DNA from: Spirochaetales bacterium
GTDB lineage: Bacteria > Spirochaetota > Spirochaetia > SZUA-6
DNA length: 64,000 nt
Assembly: GCA_027021365.1 (NCBI GenBank)
Contig: JALUUM010000020.1
Span: 204,726-268,725, forward strand
Direction: 5' to 3'
The position numbers were made by a program, and so were the translations under genes. The notes beneath the pieces were generated by a model. The model worked only from the letters and a program-made list of their open reading frames with translations. It had not been told where the DNA came from and did no database searches. Positions 57,828 through 64,000 of this stretch are shown here, one piece after another; the stretch's first letter is position 1, and each line of letters starts with the position of its first letter.

Positions 57828-59032
57828 AAAAAAAGAGAGTGGTCATTCTGGGAAGTACAGGCTCCATAGGGAAGAATACCCTCGATGTAATATCTCGGTA
57901 TCGGGAAAGATTCGAAGTGGCAGCTCTGAGCTGTCATGAGAATCTCGATTCCCTTGCAGAGCAGATTAAGCTTTATCGTCCTGTGGCGGTTGCCATAACC
58001 GGTTTGGAAGATAAATATCGGGTCCATGACCATTCCGGTAATATCGCAGGTATCCCGTACTCCATCACAGGGAGTGTAAAGGTTTACAAGGGTTATACGG
58101 GTCTGCTTTCCATGCTCGACGAGGAAGATTACGATGTAGTCGTGAACGGGATATCGGGCGCAGCCGGATTAAGAGCTTCCGTGAAAACGTTGAAACAGGG
58201 GAAGGATCTGGCATTGGCAAACAAGGAAACCGTCGTAATGGCGGGTGAGCTCGTTTTAAATCTCGCAGATAGATACGGTGCCCAGATTCTTCCTGTGGAT
58301 TCTGAACATTCTGCAATATTTAATCTCATTAGAATAGCCGGAGACGAAGTGTTAGACAATGTGGAGGAGATTCTTCTTACCGCATCCGGAGGAGCATTCA
58401 GGGAGCTTGGTGCAGAGGAGCTGGAAGGAGTTAAAGTTGAGGATGCCTTAAAGCATCCGACCTGGGAAATGGGTAAAAAGATAACTATTGATTCAGCCAG
58501 TATGGCCAATAAAGGCCTTGAAGTGATAGAAGCCTGCCAGCTCTTCCATATGGAGCCATCCAGGGTAAAGGTTGTTATCCATCCCGAAAGTGTTGTTCAT
58601 TCACTGGTAAGGACTAAGGATGGTATCCTGTATGCCCAGTTGAGTTATCCTGACATGAGGGCTCCGATTCTGAACGCTCTCTCTTATCCGCATATCCTTG
58701 ATTCAACTTTTGGCAAGTTGGAATTAGACGACTTGAGTTTGAATTTTGAAAAGCCTCAGATGAAAAAATATAAAATGCTGAAACTTGGTTACCTTGCAGC
58801 CGAAAGAGGGACGGCATACAGGGTGGTTTACAATGCTTCCAATGAAATCGCCGTTGATAATTTTCTCTGTGGGAAGATACGTTTTGTGGATATACCTTTC
58901 ATAGTAGAGAAGGTGATGTCAGGGCAGTGGGAAGTCGATCCGATGGATATTGAGAGTATTTTGAAGGTGGATGATGAAGCGAGAAATGCGGCAAGAAGAT
59001 TTATTGACCGTCTTGTTGCCAGAAATAGTTAA
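57824..59032 (+). CDS. dxr: 1-deoxy-D-xylulose 5-phosphate reductoisomerase
   Basis: ILGSTGSIG, LANKE, DSEHSA, HP.W.MG.KITIDSA. Confidence 0.92.
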   Translation: MKKKRVVILGSTGSIGKNTLDVISRYRERFEVAALSCHENLDSLAEQIKLYRPVAVAITGLEDKYRVHDHSGNIAGIPYSITGSVKVYKGYTGLLSMLDEEDYDVVVNGISGAAGLRASVKTLKQGKDLALANKETVVMAGELVLNLADRYGAQILPVDSEHSAIFNLIRIAGDEVLDNVEEILLTASGGAFRELGAEELEGVKVEDALKHPTWEMGKKITIDSASMANKGLEVIEACQLFHMEPSRVKVVIHPESVVHSLVRTKDGILYAQLSYPDMRAPILNALSYPHILDSTFGKLELDDLSLNFEKPQMKKYKMLKLGYLAAERGTAYRVVYNASNEIAVDNFLCGKIRFVDIPFIVEKVMSGQWEVDPMDIESILKVDDEARNAARRFIDRLVARNS

Positions 59033-59053
59033 GAAAGAAAAGAGGATTGGGTA

Positions 59054-60421
59054 TTGATGTTTTTGACAATATTACTTGGCCTGGTTGGATTGGGAATAAT
59101 AATCTTTATTCATGAAACGGGACATTTCATAGCTGCCAAGGTCAACGGAATAGAAGTTGAAACTTTCAGTCTTGGTTTCGGCAAAGAACTTGTTGGATTT
59201 GATTACTTGAAGACTCATTATCAGATTTCACTTATTCCGTTTGGTGGCTACTGCAAGATGAAGGGTGATGAATTGCTGAAGAATGCCGTAGAAATGGATT
59301 TGAAGGATATCCCAAAGGAAAAAGGTTCTTTCTTCTCTGTTCATCCATTTCGCAGAATAATTGTAGCTCTATCCGGTCCTCTGGCGAATCTGCTCTTTGC
59401 CCTCTTCGTTTTGACTATTATCTGGTGGGTGGGTTTCAATATCTATTCCAGTCCGCCTAAGATCATTCTGGCCAGTGATTATCAATTGGATAACCTCGGA
59501 GCTAATGCTCCTGCAACCCTGGCAGGTTTGAAAACGGGGGATATCGTAACAGATATAAACGGAAAGGCAGTGAGGAACTTTCAGGACATACTTGAAATTG
59601 TTTCATCGAGCCCCGGTAAGAAGCTCGTTTTTTCGGTAAAGAGGGGTTCCGGAATAGAGAAGGTGACAGTTGTACCGGAGCTGGATAAGGAGAGCGGGGC
59701 GGGCCGTATAGGTATTTATTCCTGGGTCGAGCCTGTAGTTGAAAGGGTGGTGGAGGGGAAATCTGCCTATCTGGCCGGGATAAGAAGCGGTGATATTATA
59801 ATTTCAATCGATGGTAAAAATGTAAGAAACACTCTGGATATTTTTCAAGAGTTAAAGGACAAGCCTGAGCAGATTAGTCTCACATTGTTAAGAGGAACAA
59901 AAAGGCTGACTTTGCCGGTTGTGTTGCAGTACGATGAAAATGGTTTCCCGGATCTTGGAATTCAGTTCAGGCAACAGGTGTATCGGGTTGGAGGTGAGGG
60001 TTTTTACAATGGCATAGTTCGTGGGATAAAGGAAACGGGAAAGACTATCGGCATGACCTTCAGAGGGATAGGACTTCTCTTTAAGGGAATAGATGTTCAC
60101 AAGACTGTAGCAGGTCCGTTGAGGATAACATACTACCTTGGGACTATTACAAAGAATAGTTTTCAGATTGGTTTTGGGACAGGTATCGTATCTTTCTTGA
60201 GATTACTCGGACTTTTGAGTATAGTACTGTTCATAATGAATTTAATTCCCCTGCCGGCACTGGATGGCGGACAAATCGTACTGTTTTCCGTAGAGTGGAT
60301 TGCAGGCACACCGCCGAATCCTAAATTGATATACAGGATACAGGTATTTGGCTTTTCGATTATAATCCTGCTTGCAGTGATGATAACTTTCAGTGATATA
60401 CTCTTTTTCTTTGGAAAGTGA
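59054..60421 (+). CDS. rseP: RIP site-2 metalloprotease RseP (M50 family) with PDZ domains. ATG 59057 is an alternative start.
   Basis: HETGHF zinc motif, two PDZ-like segments, and the C-terminal LPALDGG motif. Confidence 0.9.
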   Translation: MMFLTILLGLVGLGIIIFIHETGHFIAAKVNGIEVETFSLGFGKELVGFDYLKTHYQISLIPFGGYCKMKGDELLKNAVEMDLKDIPKEKGSFFSVHPFRRIIVALSGPLANLLFALFVLTIIWWVGFNIYSSPPKIILASDYQLDNLGANAPATLAGLKTGDIVTDINGKAVRNFQDILEIVSSSPGKKLVFSVKRGSGIEKVTVVPELDKESGAGRIGIYSWVEPVVERVVEGKSAYLAGIRSGDIIISIDGKNVRNTLDIFQELKDKPEQISLTLLRGTKRLTLPVVLQYDENGFPDLGIQFRQQVYRVGGEGFYNGIVRGIKETGKTIGMTFRGIGLLFKGIDVHKTVAGPLRITYYLGTITKNSFQIGFGTGIVSFLRLLGLLSIVLFIMNLIPLPALDGGQIVLFSVEWIAGTPPNPKLIYRIQVFGFSIIILLAVMITFSDILFFFGK

Positions 60422-60437
60422 AATAGGAGAACTTGGA

Positions 60438-61049
60438 ATGTCAAAGAGATTACTTACCTGCATTTGTGAGAATAAGTTCGAGGTGGATGTTCCTGATACG
60501 ATAGATCTCTCAGAAAAACCTGACATAGCAGTGGATATAAGAACGGGCCATTTTCTCGAATATAGGTGTCCTCTATGCGGAAAGCTGCTGAAGCCTGAAT
60601 TTCCCCTTCATATAGTGGACAAGAAACACGGAATTGATGTTTTTTTTATTCCTGAATTGGACAGGGGAAAGTATTTTAGAAAAAAGCTGGAATATGAGGT
60701 AGGTAAGCCTGATAGGGTTGTCATCGGATACCCTGAACTGATAGAAAAGTTGCTTCTGCAGAGTGAAGGAATCGACGACAGAGCTGTGGAGCTAATAAAA
60801 TACTATATGGTACGAAAGGCTCTCTCTGAAAATGCCAAGGCCATTCCGAAGATTACCGTTACAGTAGTCGAAAGAGGCAAGATGAAATTTCAGCTTGAGG
60901 GATTGCGGGATGATAGTGTGGGAATTACATGGATAGAGCATGGAACATACAAAAAAGCTCTGAAAGATATTAAAAGGCGCCTCGACTCGACCCTTAAGAG
61001 GATTCTCGAGCCACCCTATGTATCGGTTAGAAAGTTGGAGTGGGAGTAG
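60438..61049 (+). CDS. CpXC-like zinc-ribbon domain protein. The ORF-track start at 60393 is probably too long.
   Basis: CIC...(38 aa)...CPLC in a pattern like the CpXC domain. SD AGGAG precedes ATG 60438. Confidence 0.55.
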   Translation: MSKRLLTCICENKFEVDVPDTIDLSEKPDIAVDIRTGHFLEYRCPLCGKLLKPEFPLHIVDKKHGIDVFFIPELDRGKYFRKKLEYEVGKPDRVVIGYPELIEKLLLQSEGIDDRAVELIKYYMVRKALSENAKAIPKITVTVVERGKMKFQLEGLRDDSVGITWIEHGTYKKALKDIKRRLDSTLKRILEPPYVSVRKLEWE

Positions 61050-61055
61050 GAACAA

Positions 61056-63173
61056 ATGCTAATGTTGCCTGATAGAAGAGCAGTATATCATTTACTTGGT
61101 ATCTTTCTCTTTATCTTTGCAATGGGGAATGAAGTAGCTCTGGCTGAAGAGTTCAATTTGCAGGTAAATACGGGTCATGTAGGAGATGTTGAACAGCTGG
61201 CCTATGATGCGATGAATCGCATACTGTTTTCTGCCGGCGAAGATGGTACGGTACGGCTTTGGAAACCGGACGAGACAGTTCTTCTGAAAAAAATAAGGGT
61301 ATCGTATCTTCCTGTCAAAATGCTTGCATTGAGTCCCCAAAATAATCTGATGGCGGTGTTGGAAACCAACGATCTGACCATTTTCAGGTTGAGTGTGTGG
61401 AACTGGAAAGAAGGTAAAAAGCTATATACAATAAGTCTCAAGCACAGGCCCATGTTTATAACCTTCTCGAAAAGGGGTAGTTATCTTGCATATTCGAGGC
61501 CCGATTGGAACAGTCTTGTTATAATTGATTCTCTCTCCGGTCACAGCCTTCCCTATATGCAGGAAGCTTTTGGCATTGTTTCTTTTATGGTATTTTCGAG
61601 TAGTGAAGAAACATTACTTACCTATCAACCTTCCGGGAAATTGATCTATTGGCATTTAAAGTCGGGAACCATCATAAAAAGTGTGGTGACTCTTCCGGAT
61701 CTAAGACAGATGAGGATTTCCGCCGACAGGAGTTTTGCCGCTGCCAAGAAAGGTGACTCAGTAGTGCTTATCGATCTCTTAACCGGTAATGTTCTCGATA
61801 GAAGAGGCCTAATAGGAATAGAGGACATTGCTATTTCCCCTGGGGACAATGAAATAGCCTGTGTTGTAAAAGGTTCGGGGGGACAGACTCAGCTCTACAG
61901 GTATGCTATTATTGACAAGAGTTTATACAATATATCAATATCGCAGGAAAATGGGCTTAATACGGCGATTTATGGAAACAACGAGTTATTTCTCGGAAAG
62001 ACTGACGGAAGCCTCTCGTTCATAGGTAGTGATGGGATTGCTCATTCAATCGGTGAAAACAAACTGGAAAAGATATACGACATTGCATTCAACTCGGGAA
62101 AATTGGCATTTATTACGGGTAATAGTATTTACACCTTTGAATCAAATTTTTTTACGGGTGAAAATTTAGGTAAAGATTTAATGGGAAACAGAGAATCTCT
62201 TTCACTTAAAATTACCAGGTTCGGTAATCCCATTGGAGGTAAGACACAACTTGCACCGCTGACAGAGAACAAGCTAATTACGTGGACTGACAGTTCAACT
62301 GAATTTCCAATGGCCTTTATTGATATGAGAAATGGAAGTTTTACTTATTCGAGCGGACTTTTCAATGCCCCATTGACATACGTAGGTGATGGCGGAAGAT
62401 GGGTTCTGACGGTGGAGGATACGGGGGAGTGCAAACTGATAGACAAGAGTGATGAGAGCATCTATTATTCTTACAGTGCTCCCGGAATGCATAAGCTCAT
62501 TGTAGTGAAAAATGACAACCTTATTGGTGCAAAGAGCAAACTGGACGTGTATGACAGTTCTCTTCTGTGGATAAATCCCATTACAGGTGAAACATTCCCA
62601 ATCACAGATGATAGTCTTTACGTGTACGAACTGGCCTATGACAGATTCAGGGATACGCTTTACTCAATTGGAGTGGAGAGAAAGAATGGCATACTGGCAA
62701 CGGTACTGAAAAAAAGAACCGGAAAAACCTTTGACAATTCTACTGTCCTTGAAAGAATTTCGGGAGAAGAAGATGTGGGGGCTTCGATTGCCGTTGATGA
62801 GACCGATGGCAGTATCTACACCTCACTTGGATATGGAAAGGTGATGGTTTTTCGTGGTACCGGTAGAAGCGATCTGGAATACAACGGGGAAATAGCCAGG
62901 AAACTTATTTACAAAAAGGGGAAGCTCTTTGCGTTGAACAGGGATTCTTCTATCAGTGTATGGAATGTCGAAACAGGGAGACTGCTTCTCGATTTTTATC
63001 TGATGAAGGATGGCGAATGGTTGATCATAACTTATAGATCGGGAGTCTTGCCTATGGGCTATATTTCTTCTCCTCTCGGAGAGAAGTACCTTTCCGTTGT
63101 TTACGGTACAAATCTCTTCAACAATCTCTTGCCCAGATTCAGACTGAAATTGAAAATAAGACAGCTGTATTGA
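61056..63173 (+). CDS. Secreted WD40/beta-propeller repeat protein (705 aa)
   Basis: Signal-like N-terminus. WD-type blades (HVGDVEQLAY..SAGEDGTVRLW; LNRDSSISVWNV). Confidence 0.7.
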   Translation: MLMLPDRRAVYHLLGIFLFIFAMGNEVALAEEFNLQVNTGHVGDVEQLAYDAMNRILFSAGEDGTVRLWKPDETVLLKKIRVSYLPVKMLALSPQNNLMAVLETNDLTIFRLSVWNWKEGKKLYTISLKHRPMFITFSKRGSYLAYSRPDWNSLVIIDSLSGHSLPYMQEAFGIVSFMVFSSSEETLLTYQPSGKLIYWHLKSGTIIKSVVTLPDLRQMRISADRSFAAAKKGDSVVLIDLLTGNVLDRRGLIGIEDIAISPGDNEIACVVKGSGGQTQLYRYAIIDKSLYNISISQENGLNTAIYGNNELFLGKTDGSLSFIGSDGIAHSIGENKLEKIYDIAFNSGKLAFITGNSIYTFESNFFTGENLGKDLMGNRESLSLKITRFGNPIGGKTQLAPLTENKLITWTDSSTEFPMAFIDMRNGSFTYSSGLFNAPLTYVGDGGRWVLTVEDTGECKLIDKSDESIYYSYSAPGMHKLIVVKNDNLIGAKSKLDVYDSSLLWINPITGETFPITDDSLYVYELAYDRFRDTLYSIGVERKNGILATVLKKRTGKTFDNSTVLERISGEEDVGASIAVDETDGSIYTSLGYGKVMVFRGTGRSDLEYNGEIARKLIYKKGKLFALNRDSSISVWNVETGRLLLDFYLMKDGEWLIITYRSGVLPMGYISSPLGEKYLSVVYGTNLFNNLLPRFRLKLKIRQLY

Positions 63174-63209
63174 TGCAAAAGGGCTGAGAAAAGTAGAATT
63201 AAAATCCTG

Positions 63210-63512
63210 TTATTCGATTGGCCAGTCATGTGAAGGGTTGCTGGAAACCTTTTTGACTGCCTCTTTTACCGCATTACGTACGTCATTTGCATACTCTGTG
63301 TTGTCAATCGAATGAGCATACAAAGTGCCCATTAAAGAAACTCTGTAGTATGGCTTAATATGATTCAATGCATATGCGGCCATGTCGAGAACACAATCCT
63401 GACATTTGCAAATATTGTCTATATCGGCCAGTTGTCTCTCAAGTTCATCGAAAACGAGCCGTTCGGCTTCATTTACAAGGTTTTCCAAATCATAACTATC
63501 CCGCAAACTCAT
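63210..63512 (-). CDS. comFB: ComFB (late competence development protein) family protein
   Basis: 100 aa with the Cys cluster ICKCQDC and VLDMAAYALN..PYY, typical of ComFB. Confidence 0.7.
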   Translation of the reverse strand: MSLRDSYDLENLVNEAERLVFDELERQLADIDNICKCQDCVLDMAAYALNHIKPYYRVSLMGTLYAHSIDNTEYANDVRNAVKEAVKKVSSNPSHDWPIE

Positions 63513-63571
63513 TCTTTTTGCATCTCCAATCTTTTTCTATGTTTTAATGATCGTATATTTACTCTAAAAAA

Positions 63572-64000
63572 TCAAGCTTCTTCATTCCAATGAGCCAGAG
63601 GTTCAAATTTTGTATATCTTGCAATAAAAGCAATTTTTACAGTTCCTACAGGACCATTTCTCTGTTTTGCAATAATCAATTCAGTCTCAGTATTTTCACT
63701 ATCGGAATCTTCATAAGAGAGATCGTCTCTCTTTTTTCTATGGAGAAAGAGTACGACATCGGCATCCTGTTCTATGGAACCTGATTCGCGCAGATCTGCT
63801 AATGTGGGCCTTTTCCCCTCTGTTTCTCGTCTTACCTGAGAGAGGGCAACCACAGGAATATTCAACTCTCTTGCGAGAGCCTTCAAGGATCTGCTTATCT
63901 CTGCAATTTGCTCATGCCTCGGGATATCCTTGTTTTCCGAGGTTATAAGTGTAAGGTAGTCTATGAATATTATGGCCACGTTATGCTGAGACTTCATTCT
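63572..64000 (-). CDS. dnaB: Replicative DNA helicase DnaB, C-terminal part; the gene continues beyond the window end
   Basis: RecA-like C-terminal motifs (FIDYLTLI, ISRSLKALARELNIPVVALSQ, LADLRESGSIEQDADVV, AKQRNGP). Confidence 0.9.
   Translation of the reverse strand, partial: RMKSQHNVAIIFIDYLTLITSENKDIPRHEQIAEISRSLKALARELNIPVVALSQVRRETEGKRPTLADLRESGSIEQDADVVLFLHRKKRDDLSYEDSDSENTETELIIAKQRNGPVGTVKIAFIARYTKFEPLAHWNEEA

Noticed and set aside
1-64000. Search for CRISPR arrays, IS elements or transposases, integrases, toxin-antitoxin pairs and known defence-system gene sets
   Set aside because: I found no direct-repeat/spacer arrays, no DDE, serine or tyrosine recombinase motifs, and no nuclease, helicase or methylase clusters. 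The window reads as core chromosome, so I do not claim a defence or mobile system.

Overview
This 64-kb window looks like an ordinary chromosomal segment: about 60 CDS, one tRNA-Arg(CCG), and no rRNA, CRISPR array, transposase, integrase or phage genes that I can recognise. Gene content and synteny point to Spirochaetota, but this is inference and was not checked against any database. The supporting features are flhG-fliA-fapA-cheW-cheA-cheY, rpsB-tsf-frr-uppS-cdsA-dxr-rseP without pyrH, two EF-G paralogs, a type-2 IleS and many lipobox proteins. Most genes are housekeeping: secA, argS, ileS, fusA, hisHF, thiI/nifS, gdhA, a PBP, lepB, maf and a dnaB fragment. I found no convincing defence or mobile system. 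The observations most worth follow-up are listed below.

- Consensus sigma70 promoters (TTGACx-16/18-TAxxxT) end only 6-16 nt before start codons with no Shine-Dalgarno, so many operon-leading genes may be leaderless. In two cases the TTG start in the ORF track is the -35 box itself.
- A four-gene operon couples a membrane wHTH-like protein, a CobO-type adenosyltransferase, a HypA with an archaeal-type long insert, and an Mrp/MinD ATPase. No hydrogenase gene is in view.
- An envelope neighbourhood has a translationally coupled lepB-PBP-DUF115 operon facing two LysM-M23 peptidases and a bactofilin-like membrane protein.
- Uncharacterised small genes flank fliA inside the fla/che operon, including a SwrB-like TM/HTH protein.
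- A 13-bp tandem repeat array abuts the tRNA, and several short tandem duplications occur at gene ends.

All family calls come from motif reading by eye and should be confirmed by HMM or structure searches.
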